From Candidatus Latescibacterota bacterium (lineage in GTDB: Bacteria > Latescibacterota > UBA2968 > UBA8231), in assembly GCA_965248355.1 (NCBI GenBank), contig OZ252098.1, forward strand, positions 2,944,001 through 3,008,000: DNA of 64,000 nucleotides, written 5' to 3'. Under the pieces are notes generated by a model, which was given only the letters and a program-made list of their open reading frames with translations, was not told the DNA's origin and did not search any database. The position numbers and the translations under genes were made by a program. This document shows positions 16,403-25,994 of this stretch, piece by piece. Position 1 is the first letter of the stretch. Each line of letters opens with the position of its first letter.

Positions 16403-18985
16403 CTACCAACCCTGCGTGACCACTTCGTGCTGCAGCACCCTCTGCTGGCCGTGGGGGCCGCCGACGACGAATGTGAGCTTGCATTGTTCACCGGGCACGA
16501 GATTGTTGATCGTCACACTCGGGGTGTGTGTCTGAAGCGATGTGTCGATGAATCGGCGGTGATTGTGGCCGCGGTTGACCCAGGTCCAGACCCGCACGGG
16601 TTGCGACGCTGAGAATCGAACCACGGCGCTGTGGCGCGTTGTTTCTACGTCGGTGATCATGGCGCTCAGAGGTTCCGCGTCTGCCAGTTGAATGGCGTGC
16701 TCGATAAGTCTCTGCCTCATGTGTCGAAGCTCGTCCTGGCTTGCGCCCGCCAGTACGTGTTCAACCGCCGAATCGATTTCATCGAGCGCTTGTTGGGCCA
16801 GCTGCGGGTCCTGGCCCTCGATTTGAGCCGCCTGTTTTACGATCCAAAGCAGTTTGTAATCTTCCCATCCATCGCGGTAGGCTTCCAATCGCCGGCTGGT
16901 GATGGGGCCATCGTGTCCCATGTAGATGAAGCCAACATTGGTGTAGGGCCCTTTCGGGGCGACGTCGGGAAATCCATCGTAACGTCCCCACCACCGCGGC
17001 GCGGTGAAGACCCAGAAACCGTATCCGTCAAGTCCGAGTTTCCAAGCCAGCCAAGGGCGGCTGCGCAGCATGCTGTGCGGCGCCTTCGGGTTGGCACGCG
17101 GTTGGGCGGTGCGCTCGGGGGAGCTCCAAAAGGCGTGTCGGTAGGCCCACCAAGGTTTGCCTGTTTCCAGGAAGAACTCTTCGGCTTCGCCATTACGGCC
17201 GAACCCAAGTCCCTTCGTCGAAAGCCACGGACTGTAGGGAACAATCACGTCAATGTACGGTTCGGCTTTCTTCGTCGTCTCGAGATCCTCGATCCGGTTG
17301 GCCCAGATCTGAATGCGCCGGTCGGCCTGTCGCACCAGCTTCCCGAGGGGTAGAAAGTCGTCACCGATGTGCTCGTCATTCAGGTACAAGCCCCATCGAT
17401 CGTCGGCCAGGCCGTAGTTGCTGCGGATGTGCTGTGCGAGCATTTTTGTGTACGCGATGAAATTCCGTTTCCACTGATCGTACTCGGCTTCGAGGAAGTG
17501 CGGTCCCCAGCGCTCCGTCCCGCGTCGGATCGTGAGCCCAACGACAAGATAGTCGTGATGCGTGAACTCACGGCGGAGCATCATCCGGTCGAACTCATCG
17601 ACTCTTATTCCCACAATTTCGTTGTCTTCATTCAAGATCGGTTGCGGTGCCCCGTCCCGGTACGACATTTGCACGACGTTCGTGCCCGTTCGCCGCATCA
17701 AGTCCATGTAGGGCTTGTTCTTTCCCCGGCCCTCGGACATCCAGCCATGTGACGGCGAATAGGACCAGAACGTGACCCAGATCGGCACCCGCTGCGGCAG
17801 AACGACCGGGGCGACATCCAGTTCAAAGGGAATCTCCAGCTTGGGGCCACTGCGCAAGGGAGTGAGACGCACGCGGCCCTTCCATAGACCGGCCGGCATG
17901 CCGCGCGTGTCGACCAGCACGAAGAAACTGCCCGTTTCCCCGGGGCTGAGGCGCAAGCCATTGGCGCTGTTGGCTCGTGGCAGTGGATCAGGCACCAGTT
18001 TCTTGAGACGCGTCAGAATGTAGTCCACGAAATGAATCTGCACGCGATCCGTGCGCAACCGCAGCTGGGTTTGTTCGTGGCGGACGCTGGCCAGGTCGAA
18101 ACGTACCGGGAGCGTGGTATCGCTGTGGTTGCGCACGTGGATGGCCAAGGGCACGTACTCCCCGCAGGTGCCGGTAACGCGAATTTCGTCCGTGAGGCTG
18201 TGGGCATGTGATGCGCCGACACCTTTCTGTTTGATTCTCACCTGACCCGTGCCCTCCGTATCCGGATAGATCGGATCGTACGGGTTCGTCGTCCAGACCT
18301 CGTATTGAACCGTCGGCTCTTTGGCCTCGAGGGTGCGGGTATTCATCACTTCGGCGCGCGAGGTCATCTGGCTGAGTTCCAACGGCGTGTCACTGGCAAA
18401 CAGGTACACGGGTTTCCAAATGCCGCCCCCGCCGTCCCCGCCGCGTTTCACTCGCACCGCAAACACGTCTGGTCCCTGCCCGCGCAGGTGCTCCTGGGTC
18501 TCCAGGGCGAAGGGGGTGATCCACATGCGGCCACGTCTCTTGCTCTTTGAGCCCACAAGTCCCTCACTGATGAGCGTATGCTCTCCGACCCTCTGGCCGT
18601 TCAACCAGACCCAGGCCTGCTCGTCCACGCAATTGAAATACAAGTAGACGTACTTCTTGTTCTCGAGCGCCTCGGGTACCTCGTAACGGACGCGGTACCA
18701 GCCAAAATCGGACTCTGCGATCAGCCCCTGATTCTCCCAACCCTCCCAGTCGTCCGTGCGCAGTGCGGTCCAATCGCTGTCATCAAGGTCGGCGGCGTTC
18801 CACCGCTCCTTCAAGCCCAGATCATTGGTGTCGAGCTTGACCTGCCAGACGACCGGCAAGGACGCCTGCTCGATGGCCGCAGCAACGGTTGCGAGCGTGA
18901 GTATGCATATGACGCACGAGACTACACACGAGACTACAGTAGAGCGACGCAACACGGGTGTTCTCCTTCCAATCGCGTTTGACAT
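16403..18985 (-). CDS. Secreted putative glycoside hydrolase (GH2-type sugar-binding N-domain, DUF4091-like C-terminus)
   Basis: Signal peptide; 'FGWYRVRY...LYFNCVDEQAWVWLNGQRVGEH', 'GGIWKPVYL'; 'SRRLEAYRDGWEDYKLL'; lower GC than flanks. Confidence 0.72.
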   Translation of the reverse strand: MSNAIGRRTPVLRRSTVVSCVVSCVICILTLATVAAAIEQASLPVVWQVKLDTNDLGLKERWNAADLDDSDWTALRTDDWEGWENQGLIAESDFGWYRVRYEVPEALENKKYVYLYFNCVDEQAWVWLNGQRVGEHTLISEGLVGSKSKRRGRMWITPFALETQEHLRGQGPDVFAVRVKRGGDGGGGIWKPVYLFASDTPLELSQMTSRAEVMNTRTLEAKEPTVQYEVWTTNPYDPIYPDTEGTGQVRIKQKGVGASHAHSLTDEIRVTGTCGEYVPLAIHVRNHSDTTLPVRFDLASVRHEQTQLRLRTDRVQIHFVDYILTRLKKLVPDPLPRANSANGLRLSPGETGSFFVLVDTRGMPAGLWKGRVRLTPLRSGPKLEIPFELDVAPVVLPQRVPIWVTFWSYSPSHGWMSEGRGKNKPYMDLMRRTGTNVVQMSYRDGAPQPILNEDNEIVGIRVDEFDRMMLRREFTHHDYLVVGLTIRRGTERWGPHFLEAEYDQWKRNFIAYTKMLAQHIRSNYGLADDRWGLYLNDEHIGDDFLPLGKLVRQADRRIQIWANRIEDLETTKKAEPYIDVIVPYSPWLSTKGLGFGRNGEAEEFFLETGKPWWAYRHAFWSSPERTAQPRANPKAPHSMLRSRPWLAWKLGLDGYGFWVFTAPRWWGRYDGFPDVAPKGPYTNVGFIYMGHDGPITSRRLEAYRDGWEDYKLLWIVKQAAQIEGQDPQLAQQALDEIDSAVEHVLAGASQDELRHMRQRLIEHAIQLADAEPLSAMITDVETTRHSAVVRFSASQPVRVWTWVNRGHNHRRFIDTSLQTHTPSVTINNLVPGEQCKLTFVVGGPHGQQRVLQHEVVTQGW

Positions 18986-19142
18986 CTTCGATTCCCAGAA
19001 GATACTGGCAGATTTGAGTGCGGTGGGCAAACACTGCTACGAGCACGCGAGATGCGGGAGAGGAAGGCGGCCCGGGCGGTGAGGAAGACAAGGGACGCGA
19101 CCCCCGGCCGTCCGAGGCCCCCGCCGGTCCGTCGGCGGCGCC

Positions 19143-20333
19143 TCAGGCCGTGAGCAGCTCGAAGGTCTGGCGGGCCACGATCCACTCCTCGTCGGTGCGC
19201 AGCACGTGCAGGCGCACGCGGCTGCCGGCGGCGTGCAGGCTCCCCTCGCCGCGGACGGCCTCGTTCTTCGCCGGGTCCAGCTCCACGCCGAGGAACTCCA
19301 GCCCGGCCAGCACCTGGGCGCGCACCAGGCTGGAGTGCTCGCCGATGCCCCCGGTGAAACTGACCGCGTCCAGGCCCCCCAGCTCCACGGCGAAGGCCCC
19401 GAGGTAGTCGCGGATCGAGGAGGTGAAGACCTCGATGGCGAGGGCGCAGCGCCGGTCGCCGGCGGCGGCCTTCTCCTCGATGTCGCGCATGTCGTTGGAG
19501 GCCCCGCTCAGCCCCAGCAGCCCGCCCTCGGTGGCGCAGATCTCCAGGGCCTCGTCGAGGGAGATCCCCTCGCGGTCGCAGACCACCTGCAGGGCCCAGG
19601 GATCGAGGTCGCCGATGCGGTTGTTCTGGGGCACCCCGCCCTGGGGGCTCAGCCCGTGGGAGGCGCCCCGGGACTCGCCGTCCTTCACCGCGCACAGGGA
19701 CGACGAGCCGCCCAGATGGCAGTTGACGTGGCGCAGGCGGTCCGTGCCCTCCAGCTCCAGCACCTTCTCGGCGGCGTAGCGGTGCGAGGCCCCGTGGAAG
19801 CCGTAGCGCCGGATGCCGTAGTCCTCGTACCAGTGCCAGGGGACGGCGTAGAGCTGCCGCCGCAGGGGGGCGGTGCCGTGGAAGGCCGGCTCGAAGCAGC
19901 CCACCCGCGGCGCGTGCGGGGCCACCCGGGCGAACCCGCGGATGGCGGCCACGTACGCCGGGTTGTGGGCCGGCGCCAGACGGTAGAAGTCCTCCATGCG
20001 CCCCAGGACCTCCTCGTCCAGCTCGACGACGCCGATGATGCCCCGGGCGTGGACGGTCTTGAAGCCGACCGCTTCCAGCTCCTCCACCGACGACAGCGGC
20101 GCGCCGCTGCCGCCGGTGAGCCGAGCCAGGGCCTCGTCGATGGCGGCCCCGTGGTCGGGCAGGTCGCACTCCTGCTCCACCGGGTCGCCGCCGCCGAGGC
20201 GGTACTCGTGCACGGAGCCGCCGGCGCCGCCGATGCGGTCCATGCCCCCCTGGGCGAGGACCTCGCCGCCGGGCATGTCGAAGAGCTTGTACTTGAAGGA
20301 GGTGCTGCCGAGGTTGGCCACCAGGATCTTCAT
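19143..20333 (-). CDS. ackA: Acetate/propionate kinase
   Basis: MKILVANLGSTSFKY, APAHNP, IRRYGFHGASH, CHLGGSSS, FTGGIGE, TDEEWIVA. Confidence 0.93.
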   Translation of the reverse strand: MKILVANLGSTSFKYKLFDMPGGEVLAQGGMDRIGGAGGSVHEYRLGGGDPVEQECDLPDHGAAIDEALARLTGGSGAPLSSVEELEAVGFKTVHARGIIGVVELDEEVLGRMEDFYRLAPAHNPAYVAAIRGFARVAPHAPRVGCFEPAFHGTAPLRRQLYAVPWHWYEDYGIRRYGFHGASHRYAAEKVLELEGTDRLRHVNCHLGGSSSLCAVKDGESRGASHGLSPQGGVPQNNRIGDLDPWALQVVCDREGISLDEALEICATEGGLLGLSGASNDMRDIEEKAAAGDRRCALAIEVFTSSIRDYLGAFAVELGGLDAVSFTGGIGEHSSLVRAQVLAGLEFLGVELDPAKNEAVRGEGSLHAAGSRVRLHVLRTDEEWIVARQTFELLTA

Positions 20334-20447
20334 GGGCTCCGCTCCCTCTCTTCCATGGCCCGCTCGGCCCGCAAACACAACCGCACCGCGACCTCGGCCG
20401 TGGTCAGGTCCCTCCGCCGGTGACTACATTCGGTCATTAGACTGGAC

Positions 20448-21755
20448 TTAACGCCTTTCAGGCAGTTGAGATCTATCAAGATCTCCGTTGTTGATAAGCT
20501 GTAGAGTAGCCGTATCCTGTGATACCCCAAAATGCTGGGCGGCGTCCTGCCTACTCTCCTCCGAGAAATCTCCTCCTACAAAGTCTCGCAAGAAATCAAT
20601 AGGGCAAAGAAACTCTGCCCCAAAAGCCCTCTGCCTCTTCTGCCTAAAAGTATAGGTGCGAGTAGCAGGACGGAGATTCTCACACTGCCAGAAATCCGTC
20701 AGGATACGATCACCCAAGAGACGAGCAGCACCAAATCGTCGCCCCTGTCTCGATCGAGGACTCAAAACAATCGCGTTCTCAAGAACAAAAGAGAGGCTTG
20801 AGCCCCTGCGCCTCTTGAGAAATTGAGGACTGATACCACACAACTCAGCCAGGGTCTTGTCAGAGATAGCAAAGCCCTACCCCTCCTGACTTCGAAGAGC
20901 GCGTGCCGCTTCCACACCCTCTACCCAGGGAAGAGTGTAATGCTCAGGACTCCCCGAAAGCAGAGCGCCATCAGAAGAGCGGATCTCAGTCCCGTACTCC
21001 TGAGCGAGAGACTGCAGCCCAGAAAGGAGATCCGGATCATCAAGCGCGACCTCCGATACGGCCTCGCTGCCGAATTTCTCTACCTCCGCCAGCAATCGAT
21101 CGATCAACCGCCTAGGAGCTTCGTCCGGATCAAACCCGGCGCAAGCCTCAAGCTTCCGGTAGAAGGATATTTCAGGATCCTTTCGCTCAGATTCCAAATC
21201 CTCCCAAATGCTCTGAAGAGCTGTGTCCTTAAGAGGACGAGAATCAAGACGATCCAAAACTCGCTTCACGAAATCCTCAACTCCGCTCTCAAATGCTTCC
21301 GTCGTGACAGTCACCTCCTCATCAGAGGTATACGTAAGTGGAGCTATCTCCAGTCTCCTTTCAGACACAGCGCGCAAAATGACATTGACGCCATCTGGAT
21401 TGATTGTAACTTTAGGCCAAGTCCAGCCAGATCCAATCGATGCTATATCATGAGACTGTTCCCAGTCAAGGCAGGAAGCACCCAAAAACCGAGGAATAGG
21501 AGGGGAGTCGGGATAAGGCTCCCAACGCAATCTCCACCAGTTCCAAGCAAACCACTCTGCTAACTGATAGCCAGATAGATTGGCCCCTTCCTGAGGCTTA
21601 TTCTCTTGATCGACTAGCTCCGAAAGACACTTATCTCTCGCGAAAATTCCTATCTCTGCCAGGGTAAGAGTGTCCTCAACCAAGAGAACTTCAGATTCAT
21701 ATTCAGGATCGTTGCTGTCCTCAACCTGCCAAGGGCCCAACCTAATCTCAAACAT
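20448..21755 (-). pseudogene. ImmA/IrrE-like protein split by an in-frame TAG at 20877-20879
   Basis: ORFs 20877..21755 and 20448..20843 share a frame and read ...RSQEG*GFAISDKTLAELCGIS...; C-terminal 'RRFGAARLLGD', 'QRAFGAEFLCP', 'AAQHFGVS'. Confidence 0.75.
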
Positions 21756-22065
21756 TCCTCTCCCTCCACTGGATCCTCAAATGGCCGACAAATGCACTTG
21801 GCCCTCGCAAGGGAAAGGCATGATAGAGACCTGCTGTAGTGAGCTTTGCCTCATAGACCCCATCATCGCAGGCCGTCTTCCCTCGGCGACGACCTGGACT
21901 AGACAAATTCCATCTTTGGAGAGCTTCGAGAGTCTTATGGAACTCACTGGGATGATATTGGACTTCACCAGCCATGCACTCAAGCTCATTTTCGTCCAGA
22001 TCGCTCATGCGGGCAACTACCTTCTTGCTTATAGCCCTCTCTCTTCTTCTTGGACGCATTGTCAA
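21748..22065 (-). CDS. Small hypothetical protein coupled to the ImmA-like gene (possibly internally deleted)
   Basis: 105 aa, overlaps the ImmA start; 'YHPSEFHK', 'KTACD', 'GVYEAKL...GLYHAFPL'; same low-GC island. Confidence 0.55.
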   Translation of the reverse strand: MTMRPRRRERAISKKVVARMSDLDENELECMAGEVQYHPSEFHKTLEALQRWNLSSPGRRRGKTACDDGVYEAKLTTAGLYHAFPLRGPSAFVGHLRIQWRERNV

Positions 22066-22098
22066 TCCTCCAATCTATGGATGAATTTAGCCTACGTC

Positions 22099-22322
22099 CT
22101 ATAAGGCGTAAAGGCAGACGACCGCGTCCACCAGGTCACCCTCGACAAGCGGCTCCCACTCCCCGACCTGCCGTGCGCCCTGCTCCTCCGCCAAGGCGGC
22201 CCCCGCCGCCTGGTTGCGCGCCGCCACGGCCGGGACGCTGCTGCCGTCGAGGCGGCGAAAGCGAGCGCCCTCCGCCGGGCCATTCCCCCAGATCCGACGA
22301 TGCCGAGCCTGACGTCGCTCAC
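22099..22322 (-). pseudogene. Truncated, frameshifted Gfo/Idh/MocA oxidoreductase N-terminus
   Basis: GTG start overlaps the rspA stop; 'VRLGIVGSGGMA' then a frame change to 'VPAVAARNQAAGAALAEE...DLVDAVVC'; cut off at the low-GC island. Confidence 0.75.
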
Positions 22323-23521
22323 GGCCGCGCCGGACTGCCGTCGGGCAGCCGCGTCTGCGTCCAGGTCTCGACGCCGTCCTGGCAGGGATGCTTCGCCGCC
22401 AGCCCCTCGTCCACGTCGATGCCGAGGCCGGGGCCGTCGTTGGGATACATGTAGCCGCCCCGCACCTCGGGCATGCCGGGGAAGATCTCGGCCACGCGGT
22501 CGTCGAAGCGGCACCACTCCTGGACCCCGAAGTTCGGCGCCCACAGGTCCAGGTGCAGGTTGGCGGCGTGGCCCACGGGGGAGACGTCGCCGGGCCCGTG
22601 CCAGGCGGTGCGGATCCCGTACATGTCTGCAAAAGCGGCTACGTTCCTCGCCGGCGTGAGACCCCCCATCTGCGACACGTGCATGCGCAGGAAGTCGATG
22701 AGCCGGTCCTGGATCAGCGGCTGCCACTCGCGCGGGTGGTTGAACAGCTCGCCCATGGCGATGGGCGTGGAGCACTGCTGGCGGATGTTGCGGAACCACT
22801 CCAGGTCCTCCGGGGCCAGCGGGTCCTCCAGGAAGTACAGCCGGAAGCGCTCCATCTCCTTGGCGAAGCCCACCGCGTCGATGGGGACCAGCCGCTCGTG
22901 CACGTCGTGGAGCAGCTCCACCCCGAACCCGAGCTGCGCGCGCACGTGGTCGAAGACCTCCAGGTGGGCGCGCATGTAGCCGCGGGGATCGAAGTAGGAC
23001 CCCGGCTGGGCGCCCTCGGGCCGGGGCCGCTCCGCCTCGAGACCGCCGTAGCCGCCCTGCTGCACGCGGATGTACTGGTAGCCCTGCTCCTGGTAGGCGC
23101 GGATCGAGTCGACGATCTCCTCCTTGCTGGCGCCGCCGGCGTGGGCGTAGCAGGCCGCCGCCTCGCGGCACTTGCCCCCGAGGAGCTGGTAGACGGGCAT
23201 GCCGGCGCGCTTGCCCTTGATGTCCCACAGGGCCTGGTCGACCCCCGAGATGGCGTTGTTCAGCACCGGCCCGTTGCGCCAGTAGCCGTTGACGCAGGAG
23301 AGCTGGTAGATCTCCTCGATGCGGTCCACGTCGCGCCCGATGAGCAGGGGCTTGAGGTGCCGCTCCACGGCGGCCACCACGGCGCGGAACCGCTGGGTGA
23401 AGGTGGCGCACCCGACGCCGTGGAGCCCGGGCTCGGAGGTGATGATCTTGACGATGACCAGTTTGGCTCCCGCCGGCTGGGTGGCGATGACCTGCACGTC
23501 GCGGATGGTGACGGTGCTCAT
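22319..23521 (-). CDS. Mandelate racemase/enolase-superfamily sugar-acid dehydratase (RspA/ManD family)
   Basis: GYWRNGPVLNNAISGVDQALWDIKGK, LLHDVHER, FLEDP, AMGELF, RTAWHGPGDVSP. Confidence 0.92.
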   Translation of the reverse strand: MSTVTIRDVQVIATQPAGAKLVIVKIITSEPGLHGVGCATFTQRFRAVVAAVERHLKPLLIGRDVDRIEEIYQLSCVNGYWRNGPVLNNAISGVDQALWDIKGKRAGMPVYQLLGGKCREAAACYAHAGGASKEEIVDSIRAYQEQGYQYIRVQQGGYGGLEAERPRPEGAQPGSYFDPRGYMRAHLEVFDHVRAQLGFGVELLHDVHERLVPIDAVGFAKEMERFRLYFLEDPLAPEDLEWFRNIRQQCSTPIAMGELFNHPREWQPLIQDRLIDFLRMHVSQMGGLTPARNVAAFADMYGIRTAWHGPGDVSPVGHAANLHLDLWAPNFGVQEWCRFDDRVAEIFPGMPEVRGGYMYPNDGPGLGIDVDEGLAAKHPCQDGVETWTQTRLPDGSPARP

Positions 23522-23527
23522 GGGGAC

Positions 23528-23790
23528 TCATTCCTTCCCGTGGAAGCCGGACCCCATGATCAGGGGCCGGTCGGATTTCGGATTCAGGTACACGGCGTAA
23601 CCCACCTTGGGAGACTCGGTCTCCACGTGGTACTTGACGAACCCGCCCCCCGACGAGGCGGCGGCGATCAGTTCCCGGAAGATCCGGACGCCGTTGATGC
23701 TCCCCTCGATGGAGGGGTCGGCGCCGTGGAAGAGAACGAGCCCGTCACGGGTGACGATGAAGACGTAGGTGGACGCGGTCGTAGCGCCCC
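23528..23790 (-). pseudogene. C-terminal fragment of a Cache-domain protein
   Basis: 'TYVFIVTRDGLVLFHGADPSIEG...GGGFVKY...KVGYAV...IMGSGFH'; no credible start or N-terminus. Confidence 0.6.
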
Positions 23791-23873
23791 GTGGTCGGGT
23801 CGAGCCCTTCGTAGCGGCACGAGGCCTCCCCCCACCCGGCGGCGCCGAAGAGGTGGACCAGGGGGTACACCTG

Positions 23874-23996
23874 CCCTCGACCAGCGGCTGCCAGTCACCG
23901 ACCCGTTGCGCGCCCAACTCGTCCGCCAGGGCCGCGCCGGTCCCCAGGTTGCGCGCCGCCACTGCCGGGACGCTGCAGCCGTCGAGGGCGCCGCAC
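23874..23996 (-). pseudogene. Second diverged copy of the Gfo/Idh/MocA fragment
   Basis: 'ALDGCSVPAVAARNLGTGAALADELGAQRVGDWQPLVEG' aligns with 22140-22259. Confidence 0.75.
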
Positions 23997-24126
23997 CGAC
24001 GGATTGGCTGTACCTGAGAAGCTCCGACACTCGCATCACCCCCTTTCGTCAGGCCCTGATGCCACAGGACCTCGCGTGGAGTTCCTCGGTGAGTCGCAGG
24101 CCCGGGTGCCCTCACTTGTTCGAGAG

Positions 24127-24702
24127 CTACCAGGTGAAGTAGACGGTGGCCTGCGGAGCCCTTTGCAGGCCGAGGTACATACTCCGAAACACGGAGTCGA
24201 TCTGGAGGCCGCGATGATCCGGGCTTTCGTTGTGGCGGTAGCTCAGATGCAGGCCCTTGCGAATCCACACCCCGACCCGCTCGAACGGCTGCCAGGCTAC
24301 GCCGATCCCGGCGGTGGTCTCCAAGACCCAGGAGCGGTCGGTCATGTCCCCGTTCAGGATGCCAACGGAGAACGACGGTCTTCCACGGAGGAAGTAGAAG
24401 GGCTTCACCGCGTGCCCGGTTTCCCGGAACCGCATCCGAGTCACGCCGACTGCGACCCGGTAGTAGCGGCTCTCGCGGTCGGAGACCCCGAGAAACTCCC
24501 CGGTCCTGGCATCGAAGCTCGGCGCGTCGTCGTTGTCGAGACCGCTCACGTAGGCGGTGAGCTCGAGGCCCCAGGCGGTGCGCTCGTCCAGGCGCCAGAC
24601 GCTGAGGTCCTCCAGGGGCAGCCGCACGCCCACGGCGGCATCGGCCGAGGCGGCCCCGGCCGTCAGGGCCAGGGCCGCCAGGACCGTTGCGAGGCGGTTC
24701 AT
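24127..24702 (-). CDS. Putative small outer-membrane beta-barrel protein
   Basis: Signal peptide MNRLATVLAALALTAGAASA; alternating amphipathic strands; C-terminal aromatic beta-signal 'ATVYFTW'. Confidence 0.65.
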   Translation of the reverse strand: MNRLATVLAALALTAGAASADAAVGVRLPLEDLSVWRLDERTAWGLELTAYVSGLDNDDAPSFDARTGEFLGVSDRESRYYRVAVGVTRMRFRETGHAVKPFYFLRGRPSFSVGILNGDMTDRSWVLETTAGIGVAWQPFERVGVWIRKGLHLSYRHNESPDHRGLQIDSVFRSMYLGLQRAPQATVYFTW

Positions 24703-25104
24703 GGAGCCAGGACGACCATGCCGCAATAGCACGGACGTCGGGGGTGTCCATGTAGACGTCGTAGTAGACCCACCACAATCCCTCGTGCTTCTTGATGTCC
24801 CAAGCCCCTTCCGCTTTCGCCTTCTCCTGCTCCGCGATGCATTCGTCGTCGTCGTCCCTGCACTCAAACACCTTGTCCTCGACCTCTTGCGGGGTCATGT
24901 CGCAGGCGCAGTGGTAGTAGTTGCAGTCCCAGTCGTACCGCGGATCGGTGTACTTCACGTAGGACCGTGTGGTCCAGGTGTAGCGGGGTTATCCACAGCA
25001 CGTAGGGGAAGGCTGTGGATGCGGCTGAAGATAGCCCTCTCATCTCGGGCCACACAAGGCCGTTGATGTGGCTGGCAGGGGATGATGGCGTGCACGCTTG
25101 AACC

Positions 25105-25459
25105 TCAGAAGACGAAGACCGCCAGAACCTCTGTCCGGCCCCATGCGAGGCTCTGTTGCGTTCTGTCCAGGCGCATCGTGTAAGGACCTGGAGGAATCGC
25201 AACCGCTTTAGCCTGGCACGGATCTGATGTCCTTATCCGTCCGAACGTGGACACCGTCCATACCTTCCACGCAGAGGAGCTCGTCTCCTTCATCATTGGT
25301 CCATCGGGCGTCGACGTTGAGCCCCGCGGCCCAGAACTCTCCGACCTTCCACAAGCTGAGGCCGTCCTTCGGCAGATGGAGTCCGACCGCCAGGCCCTCC
25401 CCGTGAGCGGCCCCGGCCACCAAGGCCAGCACAGCAACGACGATGAGAAGCTGCTTCAT
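25105..25459 (-). pseudogene. Degenerate paralogue of the beta-barrel gene (internal deletion or frameshift)
   Basis: Signal peptide, then 'AVGLHLPKDGLSLWKVGEFWAAGLNV' resembling 'AVGVRLPLEDLSVWRLDERTAWGLEL'; a C-terminus 'EVLAVFVF' lies in another frame. Confidence 0.5.
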
Positions 25460-25498
25460 GCTCCAGCCTTCCTTTCTCTTCTAAGGGCGTACATGGCA

Positions 25499-25534
25499 AA
25501 GGCCCCCGGCAACGCTGCGAGTACCGGGGGCCTT
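25499..25534. terminator. GC-rich hairpin, possible intrinsic terminator
   Basis: AAGGCCCCCGG-N14-CCGGGGGCCTT, 11-bp perfect stem; weak U-tract. Confidence 0.35.
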
Positions 25535-25654
25535 GCACTACCGGACGATCTTCAGCTTGCGCGGAATCGTCCGGGGTTACTCGCGGCCAACGCCGCGCGG
25601 CCGAGGACCTCGACGAGGCGGGCGGAGCGCTTCTTGTCCGTGTGCCCGCGCGCT

Positions 25655-25929
25655 TGCCCTTGATGTCCCACAGCCTGGTCGACCCCGGAGATGGCGTTGT
25701 TCAGCACCGGCCCGTTGCGCCAGTAGCCGTTGATGCAGGAGAGCTGGTAGATCTCCTCGATGCGGTCCACGTCGCGCCCGATGAGCAGGGGCTTGAGGTG
25801 CCGCTCCACGGCGGCGACCACGGCGCGGAACCGCTGCGTGAAGGTGGCGCACCCGACGCCGTGGAGCCCGGGCTCGGAGGTGATGATCTTGACGATGACC
25901 TGCACGTCGCGGATGGTGACGGTGCTCAT
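25655..25929 (-). pseudogene. Truncated duplicate of the 5' end of the RspA/ManD gene
   Basis: Near-identical to about 23215-23521, with a 33-bp deletion and a frameshift after 'GVDQA'. Confidence 0.9.
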
Positions 25930-25994
25930 GGACTATTCCTTCCCGTAGAAGCTGGATTCATCACAAGGGGCCGATCGGCTCGAATAGGCTGAGG

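Noticed and set aside
20877..20879. Pyrrolysine or recoded TAG
   Set aside because: TAG is used as a normal stop elsewhere in the window and no pyl genes are seen; a nonsense mutation in a decaying island is simpler.
23528..24958. 476-aa ORF as a real gene
   Set aside because: Chance concatenation of a Cys-rich fragment, the shadow frame of the barrel gene, a Gfo fragment and a Cache fragment.
24989..25020. Perfect DnaA box TTATCCACA within a 9-bp hairpin as an origin
   Set aside because: Single box, no AT-rich unwinding element, no dnaA/dnaN context.
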